DNA from: Schizochytrium sp. TIO01
Lineage: Eukaryota > Protista > Bigyra: Labyrinthulomycetes
Reading direction: 5' to 3'
NCBI GenBank assembly: GCA_004764695.1
Contig: SMSO01000014.1
Location: 5,280,845-5,344,844 of the forward strand
Length of the DNA: 64,000 nucleotides
The position numbers were made by a program, and so were the translations under genes. Each line of letters opens with the position of its first letter. The stretch's first letter is position 1. The notes under the pieces were generated by a model. The model was not told the DNA's origin. It did no database searches and saw nothing but the letters and a program-made list of their open reading frames with translations. Below, one piece after another: positions 1 to 11,318 of this stretch.

Positions 1-3000
1 GAAACCTCGTACCACTCTCACGAGAATCTTAACTTTGCTTCTAACGAAGCGGAGATTGATGATGAAAATGTTCGAGCAGAACTTGTAGACTACGAACTCA
101 GTGTTGCAAGCCGGATTTTCCAGGAGCCTTTAGCACCTTCGCAACTCGCAACTCAGGTCCGATTAGCATCTATGCGTCTCTTTGAGATCTTATTTCATGT
201 TTGTGCAATGCCAGAAGCAGTTCTTGCAAATGACTGGATAGAGAAACTTCGATCTACCCCTTTTCGATGGGCCTACTTCATTCACCGGCTTTGCTTTCGT
301 GCAGTCACTGCAATTTTCCAAAATAGTCGAGAACTAGAGCTTGCACTTGCAGATACCCAAATTCCGCGCCCTCCGCGTCATTTCTGCGATTTTTTTTATG
401 CTCAACGTGCCAAAACAAACTTTGAATCAGTTCTAATGTCAGTGAGCCGGCAGCTCTCTTGTGGCGTTGGTGCAGTGACTATGCTTCGACGCCTTGTGAC
501 GAATAACGAAATCTTGCTGGACTCCAAGTTCAAGGCGCCTCAAATTGCGTACCTGGTTGGCCTAATAAGGAAACATGGGCCTCACAAGCGTTTTGTAGAC
601 CTTTTAGCATCACTTTGTACGTGCAGAGATCTAGCTGAAGGTGTATCGAAATGTATTGTTTCCAATCAGGAGCTTATTGTCCTGGAGATTTTCCGACACC
701 ACCCTGAGCAGGTACTTCTTGAGGTCGCATATCAGCTTGATGAGACTAGTAACCAGGAAGATAACCTTAACATCAAGTCTGAAACTATTGAGACAGGCTA
801 TGAAGGAGCAGGGCACACAACCTGGGATCATCAGAAGTCCGTGTCTGGTTCAGTACCACGTAATAATATGACTTCGAATATTGCTTCTGAACAAATTCGG
901 GATGCTTCCCAGGAGCAATTTGCAGCTCTCCAGGAGCAAGTCCTAGGCGGAGACAAGCTCTTGAATTTTGACAAAGCTGGCCACCACAAGTTGCGTCAAG
1001 GCGACATCTTAATAACATGGAACAAAGGACTTCTCGCTAGGACTCCAAGTCAGCTTAACTGCCTTGTGGCATATGAAAGTGAAGGGAAGCTGTGGGTTAA
1101 TTTGGAAGAGCTTCAAGACACTGACGATCCTGACGCTGAGAAACTCTGTTCATATTTACATGGCCAGCTGGTCCTGATGACACGATTAGCGGAAGGTCGT
1201 TCCTACAATTGTATTCAAATACTTGAGCAGGTATATTCCTTTGAGGCGCTTGTTATGGGTGCAAGCAACGCGCGCCTTCGTCCGCAGATTCGAGGAGCAT
1301 TTTGTGAATTGTTAGGTGCTTTATATCTTGACCGATATCCTCACGTACCTATGAATTTGCCTCGCCGAGTTCATTTTCGCATTCAAAATCTAGCAAAATC
1401 GGAGAATAGTATTTACGGACGCTATAGGGAGATGCCTACATGTTTGATGCTTTTCAACAAACGAGAACTGCGTTATGAAGATGGGAATGATGCCACGTAT
1501 AGCAAAAACTTCGTGTCGAAGGTTCTTTCGGGTAACACTGGTCCATTCTTCCGGTTATGTGGACCCGATAAATTCCTATTACCTCGAGAGCTTATTCTCA
1601 AAGCGTTGTTAGAGTATGCTGCATTTATAGAGGCAAAGGGTGTTACGCAACCACACCAATGTGATGGGCATTCGGCATTAGCGTCAGCTACTGACGAGAT
1701 GGAAATATCAGATCCTCGTCCAAGAACAGGCACAGAAGCCAGTCAACGAAGTGTGAAAAGCATATCACGCGCTCAAAGTCCGGCGAACGAGCAATCATCT
1801 GGTAGGGAGCGCACATATAGTGAACCTCTCACAGCGTCAACTTCTCAGCAAAACAAAATAAGCATCCAAAGCGAGGATGGTCGTGCTCTGTTCGCAAGCC
1901 AGCTTATAGCTCTTGGAGAAAAACTCATGGTGATGGGATTTCACTCGTCCCCTGAACAAATAATCAGCTTGTGCCGAGCTGCAGTGCAACTGTTAGAGTT
2001 TTCAGTTAGTGAAACGTTTCGACGTAGCGAGTTGGTTCTTCGACAACGCATCTGTGAGCTCTTAATTTCATCCTCAATGTTCGAGACTGATCACTCAGTA
2101 TCGCTTGTTCTAGATTCGTTTGAGAGTGCAACACCTGAAACGAAAATGATGGCTGTTGTTGAGACTGTCAAAGGGGGCTTTGCTCGCGCAAGCGCCACCA
2201 AGGACTCTAAATGGGTACTTTTTGACCTGCAAAAACAGCTGACACCAAAATCACTTCAGAGTGCAAGTGTTGACAAACTTCTTGTAGATATGGTGATACA
2301 TTGTGGACAACAAGTTGATCCATCGGTACAACTTTTCGAACGAGCTTTGGATCTTTTAGTTATTGAGCATAGTCCTGGGTCAAGACTTATGCAAGGCCTT
2401 TCATCAACACTGATTGTAAGCTCGTCGGTGGGAATTCGTTTCTACGATGCAATACGCTCCCGATCGGCAGTGCTGCTTAATGACCTCCAGTCATATGAGA
2501 TATGGGGAGTTTCAAATGAGTTCAGTGATATCGGCTGGGCAGTGGTCCGCCGTGTCAAGTCCAATCTACGTTTTCTCATTAAATCTTGTCACAGACACCG
2601 ATCTATTATTGAGGCTCTTAACGTGGCGCAAGTAGTTATAAGTGCCCTGGAGGTGAACGTCGAGCCCAGCCTTCATCTGAGTGAAATAAAACGTCTTGCA
2701 CTTCGTTTTTTGGTTGCTTTCACTGAAAACAGTGCTGACAATCAGCATTTCCTCTTTGACCATGTTGCCTTGCTAGAAGATCTATTAGAGGATAACTTTG
2801 AGGCAGTGGTTGAAAGTTTGTCCGCTATGGTCCGTGGTAATCGTAAAATTTGTGCAAACTTCCCCCTCCGCATTGTTCGCCGTCTCGTTAGCGAGGTGAC
2901 CATATTGCAAAATGACGTCTTGCTTCTGTTTGTTCAGCTCGTAGCTGTCAATGGTGTTGGCATTCGACGAAACCAAGATTCAATTATTCAAGCAGTGTTC

Positions 3001-6000
3001 TCAGAACCAGTCCTGGTAAAGTCAATCACAGAATCTGTCACTGGATTTGGAGTCGAAACTTGTGATTCTACCAGCATCTTGCTTGTAGAACTATTTTCAG
3101 CAGTAACACGCGGACACAACCCTTTTTGTGAAGCAAAAGTTCAGAGTGTATGTTCCTTAGAGCTTCTATTAGACATATTGGCCCAAACTGACGCATCAAC
3201 TCTAAGCCATAGCTTTCGCTGTGTATTGTTGAGATGCCTCTCAGACGTTTACTTGGACACAGGTTTAGCAGATGCTGGTACAATTCAGCAAGTTCCAAGG
3301 CTTGTTAGCCTTTTTCAGTCTATGCTGGCGGAGCTTGGCCCATTTTTGGACCGCTGCCGTGCGGGCGATGTTGTCACCGACACATTGAGTAATTTTCGCA
3401 CTTTAGTTTTTCATGGATTCTTCTACACATTACGATCATTCTTTCATCATGCATTTGAGTTCCAAACGGCCCCAAGTGACATCCTGTCAGTGCGTGCTCC
3501 TCTTTTATCCGTGGTGCAGGATCTCGCAGAGTTTGCTGAGACTCCAAGTGAACAGCATCTTGCCCGCCGTGCTCGAAGTGGACTGCTAAAATCGATTAGC
3601 GCTCATCGACGTGCAAGGCGAACTGAAGAGGAACGTCGTCTGACAGCAAAAGCTAATCGCGAACGTCGCGAACTTGATCGCGAGCGACGTAAAATTGAAC
3701 GTTTAGAGCGCCGTCTCTTACGTTCTCAAGAGAAAAACCGAGGGCGCCCAACTCAGGAGAACTGGACTGTTTTCTTACGTTTCTTGAAAGCCAATCATGA
3801 AATCCGAGATCTGATTATAGACGAACAACGTAGTATGATTCAATCTATCTGGGATGCATGTGGAAATATTGAAACGATCTCCATGTTTCTGCGGTCATTG
3901 ATGAATTTCGTACGCGCTACTTGCCGAGAGCACACAATTAGGCACCATGAAGTAGATGAACCTCTCTCTCGAAGATCTGATCAAACTGCTCAACAAACTT
4001 TGACAATTGTGCAATTCACACTAGAGTATATAGCAGACCTTGATGTGGCATGGCGAGCCTCAGACACGCCTAGGGAGGAGATTCAGCGAAATGCGCAAAG
4101 CCGTCTTGCGGAGATGGGAGCGGTTGATGTTGCTTTCCAGATAATGTGCATTCAAACAAGCACAAAACTTGCCCGCAAAGCCGTTCTTACCCTGATTGCG
4201 CTTCTTGAAGGCGGGAACCGGAGCGTACAACTTCGATTATATACTTTGCTTATGTCTCCGCGTGGTGAACGCTTTTTTGCACGACTTTCGTCCATATTTG
4301 GTCGCATAAGCGAAGCAGCACGTGTCGAAATAAATTTAGAAAAAAAGCGTCGTTTGCAGGAGGAAGCTCTTCTTGCCCGTGATGATGGTGACACCGCTTC
4401 CGTTCTCAGTGGTACCTCATCAATCATCGCCACGTCGATTGGCGCTACATCTCTCGGTACGTCATCGTCAAAGGCAAGTTCTACTTCCTCCTCTGAGGAT
4501 GAGGACGAAGACGAGGACCATGAAGACGATGATTCTCTGATACACGCCCTTGCTGACGATACAGATAATACAGAGGAACATCAAGGGCACCACACTGGGG
4601 ATGGTGAGGATAGTGATGATTCGTCTGAAGGATCCTCGCACCATGGGAGTAAAGCACCATTGCCATTAGACATTGCTGCTTTGTTCGAACTGCAGGCACC
4701 TCGAACAAGGCGAAGCCTTCGTCGAAAGCGTACCCAAGCAGAAATTGATCAAAGAGAGGAATCGCAAGACATTGTGAAAGTAGTTCGATTTCTTCAACTT
4801 TGTATGGAGGGTCACTTTTTAGAAATGCAAAACCTTCTCAGGGCGCAAGGCGAAGCTGCAGTCTACCGAACCAGCACCAATGTTCTACTCCTTGGCGTAG
4901 AGCATGCTTGTTTGCTGACAAAAAGTGAAGAAGTATTAGCATGTAGTCGAGAAGGAACGATTCGCCAACTTATTGTTCTCTTTGATTTCTTGATAGAATC
5001 AATGCAAGGGCCTTGCTTTGCAAATCAAGAGCTACTGTCGAATCCTATTCACCGTGTTGTAGAAACGATTAAAAAGGTACTTCTGACAAGTTTTACCCTC
5101 AGTGATACCTTTTTGCAGGAGGCTGACCTTACAAAGATTAGCCACGATGACGAGAAAGATGCAAAATGCATTCTTGAGCTAAAGACCAAAGCTATTCGTA
5201 CGATGTGTGCGATGCTAGAAGGGCGAAAAGATACAAAGGTTCAAGAGGCTTTGATGCGGGAAATTGACCTTCCATTATTGCAAGCTCGGTTTGTGGAGAT
5301 TCATCGCGCGATAACTTACTTCGAGTGGAAAGGGCACTCTGATGATACCCTGCTACATCATCTCGAGGCAGCTACTGATACGATGATGATCATGTCAACG
5401 ATTATGGACATTCACCGTGCAAAAGGATTATCAAGTGCTGAGATTCTCAAGCCCCAAGAAGCAACCGCAATCGCTTATTTTCTTGAAAGAATCCGCAATG
5501 TAGAGGTCGTATTTAAAGGCTCTGTCCATCGTTCATTTTACCCCAGACCCAAGGCACTTAACTTTCTTTCTCACTCAGCGCGAGTACGTCTGATGCAAGA
5601 TATTGATGTAGAAGATCCTGATTTACGACTTCGAGAGTTTCTAGAGAGTGCAAATTCTCTTTTAGATGAAGTTTCTCAGGTGCAGCAACTCTCTGAGTCC
5701 CTCCCTATCCAGAATCTACTCATGGATATGGATGAGATTCGTTTTTTAGCATTTGCACTTTCAGTTTGGTCAAATTTCATGCTGCTGTTTAGCTATTCTG
5801 CTGACAGCACCGAAATATGCTCGAAGCCACTTGGTTTAATGTCCCTTTTTGAAGCTATAACAGCGGGACCAGGTGCAGAGTTAGCATTACGTATTGTGCA
5901 GCTTCTTACGCTTGCCCAAATTGCACATTTGATTCTTCTCCGGGGATTAGACCTTCTTACGCAGATCCCAATTCGTATGAAAAAGCTTGAGCGCAAGATT

Positions 6001-7329
6001 CGACTAGCGCGTGCTCGATTGCGTCGACCTCGCAAACAGTCTTCCACTCTCGTTCCTATTCAAGAAGACATTCACATTCCTGATGCTCTTTCAAAACCGT
6101 ACAACAGTCGTGAGTCGAGGCTTGCGTGGGCACTTGCAGTCGGGTGTTCTGTGGCCACTATTTTGCTAGCGATGCGATTCGGCTGGAAAGTATGGGGTAA
6201 CAGCCGTTTTTTATTGTGTGCAGAGATGTGGATAATGTCTCAAACTATTTTGTACCTTCGTGCAGTGCGACGGTCTGGAGGAGATGTTGGATTGTCAGAC
6301 TCATTTGCACTTTGGTATTGTTGCCTTTTTGATGTACTGACGACCTCTCGATCCCTATTTCAGTTCATGTCTATTTTAGCATGCTGGTATGGACTTGGAC
6401 TTGGAAGTAATGCTGTCTACTTGGTAATACCCTTATTTGACGTTGTGTTAAGCAACGAGACTTTACAGAATGTTGTGCAAGCTGTAAGGGTTCCTTTTAG
6501 GAGTCTTGTAATGACGTTCATTCTACTCTCAATTACGCTTTACGCATTTTCTCTCATAGCAATAGTGTCCTTCCAAGAACATTTTTACGATGAAGAAACT
6601 GGGGAAAATCAGTGCAAAGACCTCTTAGGTTGTTTTATGCTGATATTAGATATCGGGCTTCGAGTAGGCGAAGGCCCTGCAGCACTTATGATCAAACTCC
6701 CTGTTGACCATGACCAAGCATTGCAACGTCTGGCGTTTGACCTGGGTTTTGTTATCATCATTTCCATTTTTCTTCTCAATGCAGTATTTGGGGTATTAGT
6801 AGATCAATTTTCTAGCTTGCGAGAGGCTCTTCAGAACAAACAGGCTCAACTGAACAATGCATGCTTTATATGTGGCTTGAGTCGCGCAGAGTTTGATGCG
6901 ATTTCATTTGACTACAAGCAGAAGCAAGATGAGCTTGCGCATTACACAGGTTCAAAAGGTGCACATGCAGAATTCAAGGGTGGGTTCGTCTACCATGTTC
7001 AACATGAGCACAACATCTATGATTATCTCGGTTTTATTCTTTACCTAGAGGCCAAGGATCGCACTGAGTGCAATGGACTAGAAAGCTACATTTTAGAAGA
7101 GCTGGAGAAATCATCCGGAGATGCAATTTCGTGGATTCCTTCTGGCAGAGCGCTTGCACTGGGTGTAGAAGGCTCACAAGAGGGTTCCACTAGAGCTGCT
7201 GTAAGGCAGCTAGAACATTACTTAGGTCGTTCAGTTCGGGCCATCTTTCGTCGGTTAGATAATCTAGAAGCCAAGGTCAATCTATCTCAGGAGATCACTA
7301 CTGAAACGTTCTCAGCATCTGAGCCGTAG
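1..7329 (+). CDS. ITPR: Inositol 1,4,5-trisphosphate/ryanodine receptor family Ca2+-release channel, 5'-partial
   Basis: Frame is open from base 1 into the 172..7329 ORF, so the true start lies upstream of the window. RIH-associated motifs RFLQLCMEGH..MQNLLR and FLIESMQGPCFANQ; TM/pore region; C-terminal CFICGL and HEHNIYDYLGFILYL..TECNGLESYI, typical of IP3R. No introns needed. Confidence 0.92.
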   Translation, partial: ETSYHSHENLNFASNEAEIDDENVRAELVDYELSVASRIFQEPLAPSQLATQVRLASMRLFEILFHVCAMPEAVLANDWIEKLRSTPFRWAYFIHRLCFRAVTAIFQNSRELELALADTQIPRPPRHFCDFFYAQRAKTNFESVLMSVSRQLSCGVGAVTMLRRLVTNNEILLDSKFKAPQIAYLVGLIRKHGPHKRFVDLLASLCTCRDLAEGVSKCIVSNQELIVLEIFRHHPEQVLLEVAYQLDETSNQEDNLNIKSETIETGYEGAGHTTWDHQKSVSGSVPRNNMTSNIASEQIRDASQEQFAALQEQVLGGDKLLNFDKAGHHKLRQGDILITWNKGLLARTPSQLNCLVAYESEGKLWVNLEELQDTDDPDAEKLCSYLHGQLVLMTRLAEGRSYNCIQILEQVYSFEALVMGASNARLRPQIRGAFCELLGALYLDRYPHVPMNLPRRVHFRIQNLAKSENSIYGRYREMPTCLMLFNKRELRYEDGNDATYSKNFVSKVLSGNTGPFFRLCGPDKFLLPRELILKALLEYAAFIEAKGVTQPHQCDGHSALASATDEMEISDPRPRTGTEASQRSVKSISRAQSPANEQSSGRERTYSEPLTASTSQQNKISIQSEDGRALFASQLIALGEKLMVMGFHSSPEQIISLCRAAVQLLEFSVSETFRRSELVLRQRICELLISSSMFETDHSVSLVLDSFESATPETKMMAVVETVKGGFARASATKDSKWVLFDLQKQLTPKSLQSASVDKLLVDMVIHCGQQVDPSVQLFERALDLLVIEHSPGSRLMQGLSSTLIVSSSVGIRFYDAIRSRSAVLLNDLQSYEIWGVSNEFSDIGWAVVRRVKSNLRFLIKSCHRHRSIIEALNVAQVVISALEVNVEPSLHLSEIKRLALRFLVAFTENSADNQHFLFDHVALLEDLLEDNFEAVVESLSAMVRGNRKICANFPLRIVRRLVSEVTILQNDVLLLFVQLVAVNGVGIRRNQDSIIQAVFSEPVLVKSITESVTGFGVETCDSTSILLVELFSAVTRGHNPFCEAKVQSVCSLELLLDILAQTDASTLSHSFRCVLLRCLSDVYLDTGLADAGTIQQVPRLVSLFQSMLAELGPFLDRCRAGDVVTDTLSNFRTLVFHGFFYTLRSFFHHAFEFQTAPSDILSVRAPLLSVVQDLAEFAETPSEQHLARRARSGLLKSISAHRRARRTEEERRLTAKANRERRELDRERRKIERLERRLLRSQEKNRGRPTQENWTVFLRFLKANHEIRDLIIDEQRSMIQSIWDACGNIETISMFLRSLMNFVRATCREHTIRHHEVDEPLSRRSDQTAQQTLTIVQFTLEYIADLDVAWRASDTPREEIQRNAQSRLAEMGAVDVAFQIMCIQTSTKLARKAVLTLIALLEGGNRSVQLRLYTLLMSPRGERFFARLSSIFGRISEAARVEINLEKKRRLQEEALLARDDGDTASVLSGTSSIIATSIGATSLGTSSSKASSTSSSEDEDEDEDHEDDDSLIHALADDTDNTEEHQGHHTGDGEDSDDSSEGSSHHGSKAPLPLDIAALFELQAPRTRRSLRRKRTQAEIDQREESQDIVKVVRFLQLCMEGHFLEMQNLLRAQGEAAVYRTSTNVLLLGVEHACLLTKSEEVLACSREGTIRQLIVLFDFLIESMQGPCFANQELLSNPIHRVVETIKKVLLTSFTLSDTFLQEADLTKISHDDEKDAKCILELKTKAIRTMCAMLEGRKDTKVQEALMREIDLPLLQARFVEIHRAITYFEWKGHSDDTLLHHLEAATDTMMIMSTIMDIHRAKGLSSAEILKPQEATAIAYFLERIRNVEVVFKGSVHRSFYPRPKALNFLSHSARVRLMQDIDVEDPDLRLREFLESANSLLDEVSQVQQLSESLPIQNLLMDMDEIRFLAFALSVWSNFMLLFSYSADSTEICSKPLGLMSLFEAITAGPGAELALRIVQLLTLAQIAHLILLRGLDLLTQIPIRMKKLERKIRLARARLRRPRKQSSTLVPIQEDIHIPDALSKPYNSRESRLAWALAVGCSVATILLAMRFGWKVWGNSRFLLCAEMWIMSQTILYLRAVRRSGGDVGLSDSFALWYCCLFDVLTTSRSLFQFMSILACWYGLGLGSNAVYLVIPLFDVVLSNETLQNVVQAVRVPFRSLVMTFILLSITLYAFSLIAIVSFQEHFYDEETGENQCKDLLGCFMLILDIGLRVGEGPAALMIKLPVDHDQALQRLAFDLGFVIIISIFLLNAVFGVLVDQFSSLREALQNKQAQLNNACFICGLSRAEFDAISFDYKQKQDELAHYTGSKGAHAEFKGGFVYHVQHEHNIYDYLGFILYLEAKDRTECNGLESYILEELEKSSGDAISWIPSGRALALGVEGSQEGSTRAAVRQLEHYLGRSVRAIFRRLDNLEAKVNLSQEITTETFSASEP

Positions 7330-10300
7330 ATAAATAATTGATTTTATGAACAATTATTATTATTTTGTTACAACCCTATTTGAAAGAAGAAATAATTATT
7401 CCAAGCTTAGCTAGTTATTTATTCGATGATGAAATCGATTGCTTCTCTCATTATTTCAACGAAGACATACTTCAGATAGACCCAAATTTAGGCTCGGTAG
7501 ATTACTTTGCTTTTCTTATCTTTAAAAAAAAAAAAAAAAACAAAAAAACAAAAACAATAATAATGAATTTTGCTGCGATGTCTTGTATAAGAAGTAGCTA
7601 CAATACCATTCTATTCATTCATTCCCATTGAAGGTGATAACAAGTTTGAAGGGAAACATTTGGAGCATAAATAGGATCGGACAAATATATGCATCAATTT
7701 GAGGCAGGTACCTTAGGTAAGCTACGTGAGATACATCAACCTAACGCCAAATGCCGGCAGATATATCAATATCTAAATTGAATTACTTTCTCTAGGCTGT
7801 ACCATATATCACAAATAAATGGAAAAGAGGTAAGTTTTTCTTTTTTCTTAGGACTTGTCACAGCCATCTAGGCAGCGTTATTTCTAGCTGGGACAGTTGG
7901 GAACATGCTTTGCGTGTTCATTATACAACAAACAAACAAACAAACATAAATAGACTTGTAAATTCATTTATTGGTAATAAATGGAAATCTCCCGCAGCAA
8001 TAGAAAAAAATATATATATATATATTCCTTTCTAAAATAAGATTAACACAATAACGTTGTTTATTTATTGAGTGACCGCTTGCATGCTCTTTTCGTCTTC
8101 TTTTATTTTCTTATTCTATTTAACAAAATGAAAAGGCTAATGACATCCCAAGTCATCCCCTTGCTGAAGTTGACAAAATAATAATCAAAACCTCATTTTA
8201 AATTAGTGGTATACATTACTACCACTAACTAGATTAATAAACCTGCTTAATTGATTTTCATATCAAACATGTATTTGAATGAATAGTATACTTACTGCGC
8301 ATAGTCATGAAAGATGAATGATATGATATGCATTATACGAACGAACCCGAATGAACAGAGTAAATCAACATATTATATATATTATAATTATAATATAATA
8401 TAAACAATAAATTAATAGTTATCATAAACAAATGCAGGTTAGCCTAATAAAAAAATAAAATATTCTTATATGCGGCATGGTTGATCTGATAAACTTAATT
8501 AATTTAGTCAATAATGGTTTTAAAAGTATTCGCAATGTTGGTTTTTGTATACATCATGTTATTATTTATATATATATGAAATAAATTATCACAAGACTCA
8601 TGAGGGAGGGATAGAGAGGCATTGATTGTCTTTGAAAAATAAGGGTTGTTTTCTCTTGATGAAGGAGTCAAGTTCGCCTGTGACAGCTCAATCAATAGCA
8701 CTCACTTCCTTCAAACAATGGTTGTAATATATAATATATATATAATATATTCATATGAATATAATTCATTTTTGTATACAAACAAACAAGTCTTGAGAGT
8801 TTTTTATTTTTAACATTTGATTCTACTAGCTCTTACAAACAAAATATCATTTCGAGGAATTTGTTTACTAAATTACTTCTCTAGCCTTTAAAAAAAGGCT
8901 CATCTTCTAAGAAGTAAAGTGCCAATAAAGTGCCAAACAGTTTTTATTAGCAGAAATCTGTTTGAAAAATTATATATTATACTGTATTTTGTTTAAATTA
9001 AGTTTAAAATATAAAATAATGACAAAATAATATAATTAAATAAAAAATTCGTAATTTGAGATAAAAAATTTGTATATTTTTTTAAAAAAATATAAATATG
9101 TATTTATTTTGTAAAATTTATACATATATTTAAAATTAGAATGTTTTGATTCAAAGGGAATTCATAATAAGAAAATTCTGATTAACAAGTACATCAACTA
9201 GTGGATTATATTATTATTAATACCTAACTAATAGACCATTAAATAGGGCATTAGATAAATATGGTAGCAGTAAACGAGGAGAATAAAAATTGAGTGAGTT
9301 AATTTCAATTTCAGCTACATTGTTTATATAATATTATATGTATGTTGCTACCTTTATCAACCTTTCTGGAATACTTCCTTTCTGAAATGGTAGTGTAGGT
9401 TACTAAGTACTAAGTTACTTAGCTTATTTCATCTTGAGTTTGCTTCGGTCTGTCCAAATCTGGTGATGTCTCTTTAATTTAGGTGTGAAATTTCACCCAT
9501 GCGTTTCTTATTTTATTTTTTATATAAATATGAGTTGTCTGGCACGCTCGCTGTAGATCAGAATTAGTCTATTTTTTTTATATTTCAGATGTTTGGGGTT
9601 TTCTCTCACTGTCCTGACATTCCCCCTTTTTTCTCCGACCACGCAGGTTCTGACTTCAGACTGACATTTGAATTGAACTAATACTTTTCTAAGATTTGTG
9701 AATGTTGGGACTTGAAGTCATAATTACTCATTTTTGCTGCTGAATTCAATTCAATTTTTATTTGAGGTGGGTTATGTTATGTCAGTTGGCTTGCGTTTTT
9801 TTTTTCTTCGTATACGTTTACCTCTGTCTCGTTCCCTGATTGATCGAGACGCAATCGGGGGAACGAAGTTAAGGCTAGCCGCGGAACAGTGAGGAGAAAG
9901 AAAATGCGTGCGGAGAGCGCAGTCGCAACTCTTTGAGAGAACTTAAACTGGTGAGTGAGTTAAGCTAAGGCGGAGACTAAAGGAGCCTTGCTGGGTGTGA
10001 GCGTGGTGAGACTCTGGTGGCTGTGGGTAGCCGGGGATATTGGGTATGCTTGGGAAGGTGTGTAGGTTATCTTGTTGCACGGTAGCGTGCACGATAACTC
10101 GTTGTGCGATAGCGTGCACGGTAAGAGGAAATCTTTTATCGGTAAAAGATTTTCGATAAAAGGAAAATTTCTTTTTAACTTTTCTTTTAAGTGAAAAGTA
10201 AAAGAAATTGTGGGTTGAAAGTTTTCTCTGGTTTTTCTTGATATGGAATATGAGGCGAATGCATTCATTTGACAACTTGTATGGAAATAGCCTAGAGGGC

Positions 10301-11318
10301 CAGGACACCTCCTCAATGGTTAGCATTTTATATGCTTTGTTCTCATTAATTCATTTTCTCTGCTTTAAATCCTGAATCACTTTCATTTGCTCGAGGTGTT
10401 TTATTCAATAAACACATGTTGGCAACTTTGGTTTGTTGGCATTTGTGAGATCGTGGTAACGATTGGCATTTTTTACAAACACATTCGTATTTCAGGCCCA
10501 TATCAGTATTTAGCGGAGGTTGATGAACATAAATATATATTGTATTCTTTCAACGAAGTTTTTGGAACAGAAGAGACTTGTCGATTTTTGAGCAATAAAG
10601 GAAGGGGTTATATTTTTCTTGTATATTCTCGAAACTATTGAGCGAAAGTTGAAATGTAGCCTTCGAAAAAAGAGCGTCTAAGACTCCTGTTTATATATTT
10701 AAAATATAAAATAGAAAGAAACAAGTAGATAGATAGATACATCAATATATCCCTTGCCTTCTAGGCTATCTCAACATATAAGTTAGCCAGCAATTTCCTT
10801 GCGATTATTTTCTAGTCAACTAGAGGATATGACAAGATTTATAAAAATACAGAAACTCTGTAACTGAAGACGAAATAGTTATACTAAGCCTTACACGTCA
10901 GATTAAGCTGACCAGAAGAACCACGTCTGGCTCCTTTTTACTTTCTAAAGCTTTAGTACTCAGTTCATGTGTTTCAATGAAATAGAGAGACATCAACTTG
11001 TTGTTTCAAACTTGCGTTTTGCTCAAATGCAATGAAAATATTTTTCTTTTATTGCAAAGAAATTCAACGGTTGAGTTTCCAGAAGCCAATATGACACCCA
11101 TGCATGAACGGGTAGACACGGGTGTAATCGAACTTATTTTATATTCCACTTTCGAAGTACTTGACAAGAAAGGCTAAATCAACACCGAAGCTAAGCTTAA
11201 CAGCAAATTAAGCAAATTAGAAGTAAACAAACAAGCGCTAAATAAAAGAAGAAGAAGAAGAAAGAAGAAAGGTATTAGTAAAAGATAAAGATAACAAAAC
11301 ATCAATAAAACATGCTAA

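Noticed and set aside
10387-10641. FNEVFGTEETCRFL resembling an IS1595/Merlin transposase N-terminus
   Set aside because: No zinc ribbon, DDE core or terminal inverted repeats found.
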